A stretch of 64,000 nucleotides of DNA from positions 16,897 through 80,896 of the forward strand of contig JAKPQH010000181.1 in NCBI GenBank assembly GCA_029580855.1. Direction: 5' to 3'. Both the position numbers and the translations under genes were made by a program. This DNA is from a bacterium. GTDB taxonomy: Bacteria; Methylomirabilota; Methylomirabilia; Methylomirabilales; 2-02-FULL-66-22. Below are positions 43,280 to 52,360 of the stretch, piece by piece. The notes under the pieces are model-generated. The model saw only the letters and a program-made list of their open reading frames with translations, did not search any database and was not told where the DNA came from. Each line of letters opens with the position of its first letter. The stretch's first letter is position 1.

Positions 43280-44728
43280 TCACGCGCCGTCTCCGGTCCG
43301 CGCCGCAGTCAGAACCGCGGCCACGGCCGCCAGCAGCGTCGCATCGTCCTCGGGGGCCACGGTCCGCAGATCGAGCAGGACCCGTTGGTCCTGGACGCGG
43401 ACCAGCACGGGGGGCTCCCCGGTGCGGAGCCGGGCCTCCAGCGCGCCGGCGCCCTCGCGCCCGGGCGCGAGGGACAGAACGCGGGTGGGGAGCGCCTGGA
43501 GGGGCAGGGCGCCGCCGCCCACTTCCGAGGTGCCCTCCTCGACCACGCAACGCACGCCCGGCGCGGCGGCCCGCAGACCCGCGGCCAAGGCTTCGGCCCG
43601 GGCACCCACGGCGGCTGCCGACAGGCTCAGCATGCGGAGGACGGGAATCTCTTGACGGGCCCGGTCCGGCTCGCGCGCGAGCCGCAGGGTGGCCTCCAGG
43701 GCCGCCAGGCAGAGTTTGTCGATGCGCACGGTCCGCGCCAGCGGATTGCGCCGGAGCCGCGCCAGAAGCTCGCGGCGGCCCACCAGGATACCGGCCTGCG
43801 GTCCGCCCAAGAGCTTGTCGCCGCTGAACGTCACCACGTCCACGCCGGCCCGGATCGCATCCGCGGCCAGCGGCTCCCGCCGGAGGCCGTAGGCGGAGAG
43901 GTCGACGAGCGCGCCGCTTCCCAGATCCTCCATGATCGGAAGGTTTCGCGGCTTTGCCAGGGCCGCCAGGCGCGCGGCGTCCACCTCGGCGGTGAAGCCC
44001 AGAAGCTGGAAGTTGCTCCGGTGGACTTTGAGGATCAGACCCGTCTCCGGCCCGATGGCCCGCTCGTAGTCCGCCAAGTGCGTGCGGTTGGTCGTACCCA
44101 CCTCGCGGAGGCGTCCGCCGGCGCTCGTCATCACATCCGGAATCCGGAACGAGTCGCCGATCTCCACGAGTTCGCCGCGGGAGATGATGACTTCTCGGCC
44201 GCTGGCCAGGGTGTTGACGGCGAGGAAGACGGCGGCAGCGTTGTTGTTGACGACCAGGGCGGCCTCGGCTCCCGTCAGGGCGCACAGCTGGCGCTCCACG
44301 TGCGCCTGCCGGCTCCCCCGGATTCCCGCGGCCAGGTCAAACTCCAGGTTGCTGTAACCTCGGGCGGCGGCCACGAGGGCAGCCAGCGCCGACGAGGCAA
44401 GCGGAGCCCGACCCAGGTTCGTGTGCAGCACGACGCCGCTGGCGTTGATAACCGGCCGCAGGGACGGCCCGGCCTTCCGGGAGGTCGCCCGTTCGATCGA
44501 CGCCTGGATGACCTGCGGATCCAAGAGCGCCTGGGCGGACTCCGGCCTCGGCTCGCCGGCGAGCGCGCGTTCCCGGCAACCCGCCAGGACCTCGCGGACC
44601 GCCTCCAAGACGGCCCAGCGCGGCTGCCGCGCCAAAAGGCGCTGGATCGCCTCGCCGGCCAGGACCTCGTCAACCGACGGGATCCGGCGCAAGATCGCGC
44701 CAACCTCGGGCGGGATGGTTCCGGACAT
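43280..44728 (-). CDS. selA: L-seryl-tRNA(Sec) selenium transferase
   Basis: ...LRPVINASGVVLHTNLGRAPL...NLEFDL..G.RGSR...E..LC.LTGAEAALVVNNNAAAV...ISRGELVEIG.SFRIPDVM...FSGDKLLGGPQAGI.VG is the unmistakable SelA pattern. ATG at 44728. Confidence 0.95.
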   Translation of the reverse strand: MSGTIPPEVGAILRRIPSVDEVLAGEAIQRLLARQPRWAVLEAVREVLAGCRERALAGEPRPESAQALLDPQVIQASIERATSRKAGPSLRPVINASGVVLHTNLGRAPLASSALAALVAAARGYSNLEFDLAAGIRGSRQAHVERQLCALTGAEAALVVNNNAAAVFLAVNTLASGREVIISRGELVEIGDSFRIPDVMTSAGGRLREVGTTNRTHLADYERAIGPETGLILKVHRSNFQLLGFTAEVDAARLAALAKPRNLPIMEDLGSGALVDLSAYGLRREPLAADAIRAGVDVVTFSGDKLLGGPQAGILVGRRELLARLRRNPLARTVRIDKLCLAALEATLRLAREPDRARQEIPVLRMLSLSAAAVGARAEALAAGLRAAAPGVRCVVEEGTSEVGGGALPLQALPTRVLSLAPGREGAGALEARLRTGEPPVLVRVQDQRVLLDLRTVAPEDDATLLAAVAAVLTAARTGDGA

Positions 44729-44880
44729 GCAGTTCCCCACGCGCGGTCGGCCAAACTCGGAGCCCGTGGGCCCCGTCCCGGGTCCGCCACGGGCCCGGCG
44801 CCGCCGAACGACGGCTACTTGTAACACACGCCGGAGGCCCGTTCAACGCCTTTCCCCTCCCGCAGGGTCATGACCCGGTC

Positions 44881-44938
44881 AAGAAAACAAATCAGGCCAG
44901 GCGTCTCCCCCAGTCCATGGGGGCCCGCCTGGCCTGAT
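44881..44938 (-). terminator. rho-independent terminator downstream of the zinc-ribbon gene
   Basis: A perfect 13-bp stem, ATCAGGCCAGGCG / CGCCTGGCCTGAT, has an inner CCCCC/GGGGG pairing. On the minus strand it is followed by TTTGTTTTCTT. Confidence 0.65.
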
Positions 44939-44961
44939 GGCGACGACGCGCCGAGCGACGG

Positions 44962-45273
44962 CTACGGGCGTAACCCGGACGCCCGTCGCGACTGGAAACA
45001 GGTCCGGCAGTATACCGGACGATCAGCGGTCGGCTTGAACGGGACCGTCGTCTTCTGTCCGCAGGACGAGCACACCACCTCGAACATCTCGCGATTCCCG
45101 CCCCCGTCCGGCCCCGCGCCGGCCGCGGTCGAGCGCTTGGCGGCCTTACAGGCCTTGCACCGCTTGGGGGCGTTCTGGAACCCCTTCTGGGCGTAAAATT
45201 CCTGCTCGCCAGCCGTGAACACGAAGGGCTGACCACAATCCACACATGTCAACGTCTTGTCCTGGAACGGCAT
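44962..45273 (-). CDS. zinc-ribbon domain protein (two CxxC...CxxC units)
   Basis: 103 aa: CVDCGQPFVFTAGEQEFYAQKGF.NAPKRCKAC and CSSCGQKTTVPFKP...PVYCRTC. This is a common small bacterial zinc-ribbon family. Confidence 0.8.
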   Translation of the reverse strand: MPFQDKTLTCVDCGQPFVFTAGEQEFYAQKGFQNAPKRCKACKAAKRSTAAGAGPDGGGNREMFEVVCSSCGQKTTVPFKPTADRPVYCRTCFQSRRASGLRP

Positions 45274-45428
45274 GCGAAATCCTCCCTGGTGAACGAATCC
45301 GTTACCTCACGTTCGATCCGCGTTCCGGTTGTGTGGTTGGGGCACCCTCCTGTGATGGGGAAAAGAAGCTGGGCGTGCTGCCCACGTGGCGAATCAACGC
45401 GATCCCCGCCGGGACGGCCGACCGCGCT

Positions 45429-45944
45429 TCACCGCCCTCGCACCACGGGCGGTTCACCCGCCCGCCGGTAGGTCCCGCTGCGTCCGCCCGCCTTGTACAC
45501 CAGGCGAACGTCGCCGATGACCATGCTCTTGTCCACGGCCTTGCACATGTCGTAGATCGTCAGCGCGGCCACCGAGACGGCCGTGAGCGCCTCCATCTCG
45601 GCGCCTGTTCTCCCGGTGGTTCTGACGCGGGATTCGATGTGGATGCCGGCGGGATGCGGACTCGGCAGAAACGTGACATCCGCCGACGACAACAGAAGGG
45701 TGTGACACAAGGGAATCAACTCGTGGACCCGTTTGGCGGCCATGATGCCAGCCACGCGCGCCGCGGCGAGGACGTCGCCCTTCGGGATAGAGGAATCTCG
45801 GATGAGGGAGAGCGTCTCGGGCTGGAGCGCTACAAATCCGCGCGCCAAAGCCTCGCGAACCGTCTCGGGTTTGGCGCCGACGTCCACCATCCGCGCCCGA
45901 CCGAGACGGTCAAGATGAGACAACCTCTTGTTCTTGGTTGGCAT
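45429..45944 (-). CDS. moaC: cyclic pyranopterin monophosphate synthase
   Basis: [19 protein letters not shown]...V......I......[15 protein letters not shown]....LIPLCH.L......V...TTG.TG.EMEALTA.SVA.LT.YDM.KA. Confidence 0.95.
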   Translation of the reverse strand: MPTKNKRLSHLDRLGRARMVDVGAKPETVREALARGFVALQPETLSLIRDSSIPKGDVLAAARVAGIMAAKRVHELIPLCHTLLLSSADVTFLPSPHPAGIHIESRVRTTGRTGAEMEALTAVSVAALTIYDMCKAVDKSMVIGDVRLVYKAGGRSGTYRRAGEPPVVRGR

Positions 45945-46161
45945 TCTGGAACTGCCGCATGATCCCGTACATCTCATCCTTGATCTTCAGCTTCAGCTTC
46001 TGTAATTCTTTACGCTTCCGCTCCTGCTCGCTGGTCAGGTAATAGATGCGGTCGTACTCGCCGATCTTGATGTCGAATTCGCGGTGTTTCTCGGCCAAGC
46101 GGCGGAACTCCGGGTTCTCCTCCTTGAGCCGAGCGAAGAGTTGTGCTTCCGTATCGCTCAT
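45910..46161 (-). CDS. DUF465 (YdcH-like) small protein
   Basis: 83 aa: [58 protein letters not shown]. The ATG at 46161 has GGAAGGAGG upstream. It overlaps the moaC 5' end by 35 nt. Confidence 0.8.
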   Translation of the reverse strand: MSDTEAQLFARLKEENPEFRRLAEKHREFDIKIGEYDRIYYLTSEQERKRKELQKLKLKIKDEMYGIMRQFQNANQEQEVVSS

Positions 46162-46563
46162 CCGCGACCTCCTTCCCGCCGCATTGGTCCACTCCGAGCC
46201 ACCTCGGGGCGGAGTGATGCGGGTGCGGGTGCAGCTGATGTGAATGCGCAAAACGAATCGAGACAGGGATACCGGCATGCGGGGGCAGGCGCCCCCCTCT
46301 TTGGGCAGGGGATCATCATTCGGGTCAAGCCGCCTCGTCTGTTGACTTCCAAAGGATATTCGAGCGGCTCGCCCTCGTCAAGATCAAAATCCGCTGGTCC
46401 CGTTCGGCGCACAAAGTCGACCATGAGCGTTGCCGCCCGGCGGCCCGGCTCCGGAAAGAACGGGGACGCCAGCGGCTTGACAAGCCGTCAAATGGACGGG
46501 TAGTGTACGGGAACCGTCCACGGTGGGCGCACGGGCGCGGCCACGCGGAAGGCCACACGTTTT

Positions 46564-46592
46564 TTGACTGCCCCGGGGGCCTATGGTAGAGT
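46564..46592 (+). promoter_or_regulatory. candidate sigma70-type promoter (TTGACT-17-TAGAGT)
   Basis: Near-consensus hexamers with a 17-nt spacer, preceded by a T5 run. The -10 element overlaps the track start codon at 46583. Pattern match only. Confidence 0.3.
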
Positions 46593-47173
46593 CGCGCGTC
46601 ACGACATGGCGGGCACGCCGCCGTCGCCCGCGGCGCCGGGCGCTAAAACGATGGGCCGCAGGTATGGTCTGCGTTTTCGTGCTCGGCGGCTGTGGGGGGC
46701 GGCATCCCCGCAACTACCCGGTGCCGGAATCCCGCCGGCTGGAGGCCGACCTCGGATCCGCCTGGGAGTCGGTCTCGCGCATACTCACGGATCGCGGCTA
46801 CCGGATTCGGGAGAGCGATCGGGCGGAGGGGGTCGTGGAGACGGACTGGCTGACGGTGAACGCCGACTATTCCGCCAACGTGTTCCTGACCCAAAACGAA
46901 GATCGGTACAGCGATTGCGGAAAACCGGGGCTGGGCAGGAGTTATCGCGGCAAACAGGCTCGGCTCGTGTTGAACCTCTCGGCCGCCGGAGCCCATCACA
47001 CGGAACTCCTGGTGCGCGCCGCCTTTCGGACCGAACGGCAGAGCATCTTCGCCAGTTCCCCCACAGCGCTGGAATGCCGCTCCCGCGGTCGCCTGGAGGA
47101 AGAACTTCTCATCGAGGCGCAGGTGCGGGCGCTGGCCAACCCGTTGCAGCGGATTCTCCGGGGCGCAGAGTGA
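46583..47173 (+). CDS. putative lipoprotein
   Basis: Lipobox VLGGC. The track start at 46583 gives a 37-residue Arg-rich leader. An alternative ATG at 46664 gives MVCVFVLGGC. No family assigned. Confidence 0.65.
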   Translation: MVESRVTTWRARRRRPRRRALKRWAAGMVCVFVLGGCGGRHPRNYPVPESRRLEADLGSAWESVSRILTDRGYRIRESDRAEGVVETDWLTVNADYSANVFLTQNEDRYSDCGKPGLGRSYRGKQARLVLNLSAAGAHHTELLVRAAFRTERQSIFASSPTALECRSRGRLEEELLIEAQVRALANPLQRILRGAE

Positions 47174-48141
47174 AGCCCAAGCGTTACGAGCCGCTGGACC
47201 TTGCCGGTGCCAAGACCTACCCGCTGGCCTCGCGACCGAGCATCGTCGGGATCGCGGACGCCGCCCGACCCTGGAAGGCCGGCGGCACGTTCAAGGCGTA
47301 TCTCGAAACGCTGCCCAACCATCTCGCCGTCCGGAGCCTCAGGGCCGTCGCGGATGCGATCCACGATGCGCACCGACACGGAAAGCCGGTCCTCCTGGGT
47401 CTGGGCGCTCACGTCATCAAGGTGGGGTTATCGCCCGTCGTGATCGACCTCGTCGAGCGCGGCCTGGTGACCGCCGTGGCGCTCAACGGGGCTTGCGCCG
47501 TGCACGATTTCGAGTTGGCGACGGTGGGGTGTACCTCCGAGGACGTGGAGGCGCAGCTCTCCGAGGGCGACTTCGGCATGGCCGAGGAGACCGGCCGCGT
47601 CCTCAACGAGGCCGCCATCGACGGCGCACGCCGGGGGGTCGGTTTCGGGCGGGCGTTGGGCGACCGCCTGCTGGCCATGCGCCCGCCCCATCTGGCACAC
47701 AGCCTGCTGGGTACGTGCGCGCGGCTGGACGTCCCGTGTACAGTGCACGTCGCTATCGGAACCGACATCGTCCACGTGCACCCGCGCTGCGACGGGGCCG
47801 CCGTCGGGGCGACGACGCACCGCGACTTCCGGTTGCTGGCGGCGGTCGTGGCCGACTTGGGTGACGGCGGCGTGTATCTCAACATCGGCTCGGCGGTGCT
47901 CTTGCCGGAGGTCTTTCTGAAGGCGCTGACGCTGAGCCGGAACCTGGGGCATCGCGTTCAGGATTTTGTCACGGCCAATCTGGATTTCATCCAGCATTAC
48001 CGACCCACTCAAAACGTCGTGCGACGCCCCGTGGCCAAGGGCGGGCGCGGCTACGCGCTGACCGGACACCACGAACTTCTGGTCCCGCTGCTGGCGGGGA
48101 TGCTGATCGAAGGGATGGATGGGGGAGCATCGGGTGCCTAA
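47170..48141 (+). CDS. deoxyhypusine synthase-like superfamily protein (uncertain)
   Basis: GTG at 47170 overlaps the preceding stop (GTGA). The 323-aa product has LGLGAHVIKVGLSPVVIDLVERGLVTAVALNGACAVHDFE... and ...VYLNIGSAVLLPE..., reminiscent of the DHS fold. Assignment from memory only. Confidence 0.6.
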   Translation: MKPKRYEPLDLAGAKTYPLASRPSIVGIADAARPWKAGGTFKAYLETLPNHLAVRSLRAVADAIHDAHRHGKPVLLGLGAHVIKVGLSPVVIDLVERGLVTAVALNGACAVHDFELATVGCTSEDVEAQLSEGDFGMAEETGRVLNEAAIDGARRGVGFGRALGDRLLAMRPPHLAHSLLGTCARLDVPCTVHVAIGTDIVHVHPRCDGAAVGATTHRDFRLLAAVVADLGDGGVYLNIGSAVLLPEVFLKALTLSRNLGHRVQDFVTANLDFIQHYRPTQNVVRRPVAKGGRGYALTGHHELLVPLLAGMLIEGMDGGASGA

Positions 48142-48673
48142 CGCCACGCGCCACGCGCCACGCGCCATGCGCTCGGCGCCACGCGCCGCGTCGAAGGTGA
48201 AGTCGCTGGTCGGGGTGGTGCGCGCGGTCCGGAAGGTCCAGGCGCAGGGCGGCTGCGTCGTCTTCACCAACGGGTGCTTCGATCTTCTGCATCGCGGCCA
48301 CACCCGATACCTGGAGCGGGCACGCTCGCTGGGTCACGCGCTGGTGGTGGCCGTCAACAGCGACCGCTCGGTCCGGGCGCTCAAAGGGCCCGGCCGTCCC
48401 GTGGTGCCCGCCGAGCAGCGCGCCGAGGTGCTGGCGGCCCTGACAGCCGTCGACTTTGTCGTTATCTTCGATGAGCTGGATCCGGCCCGCGTCATCCGTG
48501 CGGTGCGACCGGACGTGCTCGTCAAGGGAGGGGATTGGCCGATCAGCCGCATCGTGGGGGCGGACTATGTCCGTTCCCGCGGCGGGCGGGTGTTGAGTCT
48601 GCCCTACGACGAGGGGGCGTCGACCTCAGCGCTGATCGGTCGGATCCTCGGGCCGCCCGCGAAGCGCCGCTGA
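48119..48673 (+). CDS. hldC: D-glycero-beta-D-manno-heptose 1-phosphate adenylyltransferase (RfaE domain II-like)
   Basis: VVFTNGCFDLLHRGHTRYLERAR.LG..LVVAVNSD.SVR.LKGPGRPV......R.EVLAAL..VD.VV.F.E..P...I...RPDVLVKGGDW. The start is uncertain (48119 or the ATG at 48167). Confidence 0.85.
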   Translation: MGEHRVPNATRHAPRAMRSAPRAASKVKSLVGVVRAVRKVQAQGGCVVFTNGCFDLLHRGHTRYLERARSLGHALVVAVNSDRSVRALKGPGRPVVPAEQRAEVLAALTAVDFVVIFDELDPARVIRAVRPDVLVKGGDWPISRIVGADYVRSRGGRVLSLPYDEGASTSALIGRILGPPAKRR

Positions 48674-48811
48674 GCGTCGGTGCGGCGCCTTCCCTTGTGC
48701 CACGCCGATGATCTTCCGCTTTGCACGAGCGCCGGTGACACTCATCCGTCCGCCATCGCCGAGAACCACGGCCCGTCGGGCTCGACGCCGCGCGCCGATT
48801 GCTGGCGGCTG

Positions 48812-51800
48812 ATGGCTTTCGCAAGGATCATGCTGCCACAGTACGTTTGGCGGGAAGGTCGGCTCGCGGAACTTTCCGAGGACCTGCAGGCTCCCGCGGA
48901 GGCCGTCCTCTCCGGCCTGCAGGGAGCGGCTCGCGCCCTGGCGCTGGCCGCCTGGCAGGTCGGCACCGGCCGCACGCTTCTCGTGCTGTGCCGCAGCGAC
49001 GAGGTCGCCGCCGCGCTGGCCCAGGACCTCGCCTTTTTCCTGGGCGAAGCGGTGGCGCTTTTGCCGGAACGCGAGGACGACCTGGAGGCGCGGGCCGGGC
49101 GGGTGGAAGCGCTCTATCGGCTCCTGACGCGCCGGGCGAGCGTCCTGGTGGCCTCGGTGGCGGCGGCGCTCCCGCGGACGCTGGGTCCCGCGGCGCTGCA
49201 GGGCGCCGTCGTCTCCCTTTACCCCCAGCGGATCGCATCCCGCGAGGAGGTGCTGCGCGCGTTGACGGCCGGCGGGTATCGCACGGTCGGCGAGGTGACG
49301 GAGCCTGGGGAGTTCGCCGTCCGTGGCGGGATACTGGATTGCTTCCCGCCGGGCCAGCGCCATCCGGTGCGCGTCGAGTACTTCGGGGACGAGGTCCATT
49401 CGCTCCGCCATTTCGACGCGGAAACTCAACGATCCCTGGGGGCGGTCGCCAAGGCCGCACTGCTTCCGCTCCGCGAATTCCTGATGACGGAGGAGGCGGC
49501 CGGCCGTCTGGAGCGCCGCCTGCTCGCCACGGCGCGCCGCGAGGGCGTCGCCGTGCCTCCCGCCTGGCTGGAAGCCCTGGGGCAGCGCCGACCCATCCCC
49601 GAATTGGACGCTTTTTTGCCGGATCTCGTTCCGGACCCGGCCTGCCTGCTCTCGTACCTGCCGCCGGATGCGCTGATCGCCTGGGACGAAGATCTCAGCC
49701 TGGCCGAGCGGGCGGCCGCGGTCCTGCGGGACGCCGAGGCGGAGACCGATCGGGAGCCGGATGTGGCCTCGCTTTTCCCCCCGGCGGCCGAGCGGTGGAT
49801 CACCTGGGACGACTTCCGGACGCTGGCGCAAGCGTGGCCCGGCATCTCGCTCACCGCGTTCGCGCTTCCGCCGCGGGCGCCGGCGGCCGACGGCGCGCGG
49901 CCTCCCCTCGTTTGGGAGATCCGGACCACCGGCGTCGAGAGCTACCGGGGGCGCATCGCGGGCTTCCTGGAGGATCTGGACCGCTGGCGGCGCAAACGGG
50001 AGCGGGTCGTCCTGGTCGCGCGGAGCGAGGCGCAGGGGCGCCGCCTGCAGGAGATCCTGCGCGACCACGACCTGGGCGCGCGGCTGGGGCGGGAGTTGCC
50101 GGATCCGGGGGGGATCTGCCTCTGGACCGGGGATCTTACGGCCGGCTTTCGCATCGAGTCACTCCAGCTCACGCTGATCACCGAGGGGGAGATTTTCGGC
50201 GGGCATGCCGTGGTGCGCCGCCGCGCGCGCCCCAAGGCCGCCCTGCCGTTCACCTCCTTTGCGGACCTCAAGACGGGCGACTATGTGGTGCACGTGGACC
50301 ACGGCATCGCCCGGTACCGGGGTCTGGAGCAACTGGCCGTGGGCGGACAGGAGGGGGACTTCCTGCACCTCGAGTACGCCGGGAACGACACGCTCTACGT
50401 CCCTGTCTCCAAGTTTCATCTGGTCCAGCGGTACGTGGCGGGCGAATCGGCCGGCGCGGCCCCCGGCCTGGATCGGCTGGGGGGGACCAGCTGGGCCAAG
50501 GCCAAGGAGCGGGTGCGGGCCAGCGTCCGCGAGATGGCCGGAGAACTTCTGCGCCTCTACGCGGCGCGGCAGATTCTCCAGGGCCACAGCTTCCAGGCCG
50601 ACTCGCCCTGGCAGAAGGAGTTCGAGGCGGCCTTCCCGTACGACGAGACTCCGGATCAGCTGGAGGCCATCCGCGACGTCAAGCGGGACATGGAGCGGCC
50701 CCAGCCCATGGACCGTCTGGTTTGCGGCGACGTGGGCTACGGCAAGACCGAGGTCGCGCTGCGCGCCGCCTTCAAGGCGGTGATGGACGGCAAGCAGGTC
50801 GCCGTCCTGGTGCCCACCACGGTGCTCGCCATGCAGCACTACCAGACCTTCAGCGCTCGCTTTGCCAACTTTCCGGTGCGCGTGGAGATGCTCTCCCGGT
50901 TCCGGCCCGCGGCGGAGCTGGCGGCGGTGGTGGCCGGGCTGGCGGACGGGAGCGTGGACATCGCCGTCGGCACGCACCGCCTGCTCCAGAAGGATGTCAA
51001 GTTCGCGGCGCTAGGCCTCCTCGTCGTGGACGAGGAGCAGCGGTTCGGCGTGGCCGCCAAGGAAGCCCTGAAGCAGCTCCGGCGGGAGGTGGACGTCCTC
51101 ACCCTGACGGCGACACCCATCCCCCGCACGCTGCACATGACCATGCTGGGCGTCCGGGACATCAGCACCATCGAGACGCCGCCGGAGGAGCGGCTGGCGA
51201 TCCGGACGTACGTCACCCCCTACGACCCCGATGTGATCGGCGAGGCGATCCGGCGCGAGGTGGCGCGCGGCGGACAGGTTTTCTTTGTCCACAACCGGGT
51301 GGAGAGCATCCACGCCGTGGCGCGCCGGCTCAGGCGGATCGTTCCGGAGGCGCGGATCGGCGTGGCGCACGGCCAGCAGAGCGAGACCGCGCTGGAGAAG
51401 GTGATGGTCGACTTCTACCTGAAGAAGGTGGACGTCCTGCTGTGCACGACGATCATCGAGTCGGGGCTGGACGTCCCCTCGGCCAACACCATCGTCATCG
51501 ACCGCGCCGACACCCTGGGCTTGGCGCAGCTCTATCAGCTGCGGGGGCGGGTGGGCCGCGACAAGTACCGCGCTTACGCCTACCTGCTCGTCCCCGCCGA
51601 CGGCGGCATGAGCGAGGTGGCGCGCAAGCGCCTGCAGGTTATCGCCGAGCTCACCGAGCTGGGCTCCGGCTTCAAGATCGCCGCGCGGGATCTGGAGATC
51701 CGCGGGGCGGGGAACTTGCTGGGTGCCGAGCAGTCGGGTCACATCGCCGCCGTCGGCTTCGACCTGTACACCCAACTCATCCAGGAGACGGTGCGCGAGC

Positions 51801-52282
51801 TGAAGGGCGAGCCGGTCGAGGCCGAGGTGGATCCGACGATCCGCCTCCGGGCCGACGGGTTCATCCCGGAAGCGTACGTCCCCGATCCCGCGCTGCGCCT
51901 CAACCTGTACAAGCGGCTGGCCGCGCTGCGCGATGGGCGGCTGCTCACCGACTTCGCGGAGGAACTGGCGGATCGCTTCGGGGCGGTGCCCGCGGAAACG
52001 GAGTGGCTGCTCCGGACGGTGGACTTGAAGATCCAGGCCCGCAAGCTGCACATCCAGGAGATCGACGGCCGGCGGGAGGCCATCCGGGTCCGCTTCGGCC
52101 CCGACCCTCCGGTGAGTCCGGAAACCATCGTGGCTTTGCTGCGCACCGAACGCGGCCGCCTCAGGTATCTGCCGGAGGACGTTCTGGAGTACCGGACCGA
52201 CGGGACGACGCCGGAAGCCCGCCTGGCGGCGGCCAGAAAACTCTTGCATCGGCTCACTGCGGGTGTTACGGTCGCCAATTGA
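48812..52282 (+). CDS. mfd: transcription-repair coupling factor
   Basis: CarD-like GDYVVHVDHGIARY, and helicase motifs LVCGDVGYGKTEVA, DEEQRFGV, LTLTATPIPRTL, TTIIESGLDVP.ANT and QLRGRVGR, plus a TRCF C-terminal domain. The ATG at 48812 is chosen; 48680 or 48830 are possible. Confidence 0.95.
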   Translation: MAFARIMLPQYVWREGRLAELSEDLQAPAEAVLSGLQGAARALALAAWQVGTGRTLLVLCRSDEVAAALAQDLAFFLGEAVALLPEREDDLEARAGRVEALYRLLTRRASVLVASVAAALPRTLGPAALQGAVVSLYPQRIASREEVLRALTAGGYRTVGEVTEPGEFAVRGGILDCFPPGQRHPVRVEYFGDEVHSLRHFDAETQRSLGAVAKAALLPLREFLMTEEAAGRLERRLLATARREGVAVPPAWLEALGQRRPIPELDAFLPDLVPDPACLLSYLPPDALIAWDEDLSLAERAAAVLRDAEAETDREPDVASLFPPAAERWITWDDFRTLAQAWPGISLTAFALPPRAPAADGARPPLVWEIRTTGVESYRGRIAGFLEDLDRWRRKRERVVLVARSEAQGRRLQEILRDHDLGARLGRELPDPGGICLWTGDLTAGFRIESLQLTLITEGEIFGGHAVVRRRARPKAALPFTSFADLKTGDYVVHVDHGIARYRGLEQLAVGGQEGDFLHLEYAGNDTLYVPVSKFHLVQRYVAGESAGAAPGLDRLGGTSWAKAKERVRASVREMAGELLRLYAARQILQGHSFQADSPWQKEFEAAFPYDETPDQLEAIRDVKRDMERPQPMDRLVCGDVGYGKTEVALRAAFKAVMDGKQVAVLVPTTVLAMQHYQTFSARFANFPVRVEMLSRFRPAAELAAVVAGLADGSVDIAVGTHRLLQKDVKFAALGLLVVDEEQRFGVAAKEALKQLRREVDVLTLTATPIPRTLHMTMLGVRDISTIETPPEERLAIRTYVTPYDPDVIGEAIRREVARGGQVFFVHNRVESIHAVARRLRRIVPEARIGVAHGQQSETALEKVMVDFYLKKVDVLLCTTIIESGLDVPSANTIVIDRADTLGLAQLYQLRGRVGRDKYRAYAYLLVPADGGMSEVARKRLQVIAELTELGSGFKIAARDLEIRGAGNLLGAEQSGHIAAVGFDLYTQLIQETVRELKGEPVEAEVDPTIRLRADGFIPEAYVPDPALRLNLYKRLAALRDGRLLTDFAEELADRFGAVPAETEWLLRTVDLKIQARKLHIQEIDGRREAIRVRFGPDPPVSPETIVALLRTERGRLRYLPEDVLEYRTDGTTPEARLAAARKLLHRLTAGVTVAN

Positions 52283-52360
52283 TTCGGCGGCCCGGCAGCG
52301 GCTCGGGCCGCACGCGGCCGCCATGCGTGGCACGGCCCCGTTTCCGAAAAGGAGCGTTCG

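Noticed and set aside
44729-44961. Search for tRNA-Sec (selC) or another tRNA in the selA upstream spacer
   Set aside because: There is no GGTTCGAATCC-like T-arm, acceptor pairing or TCA anticodon loop on either strand. The only structure is the terminator hairpin at 44891-44938.
46158-46424. 88-aa minus-strand ORF whose TGA overlaps the DUF465 ATG (ATGA), suggesting a coupled upstream gene
   Set aside because: Third codon positions are A/T-rich (ttt, gat, ctt, gaa, tat, ttg, aga...), unlike real genes here. The second half is Pro/Ala/Cys low complexity running through the DUF465 Shine-Dalgarno. Most likely non-coding.
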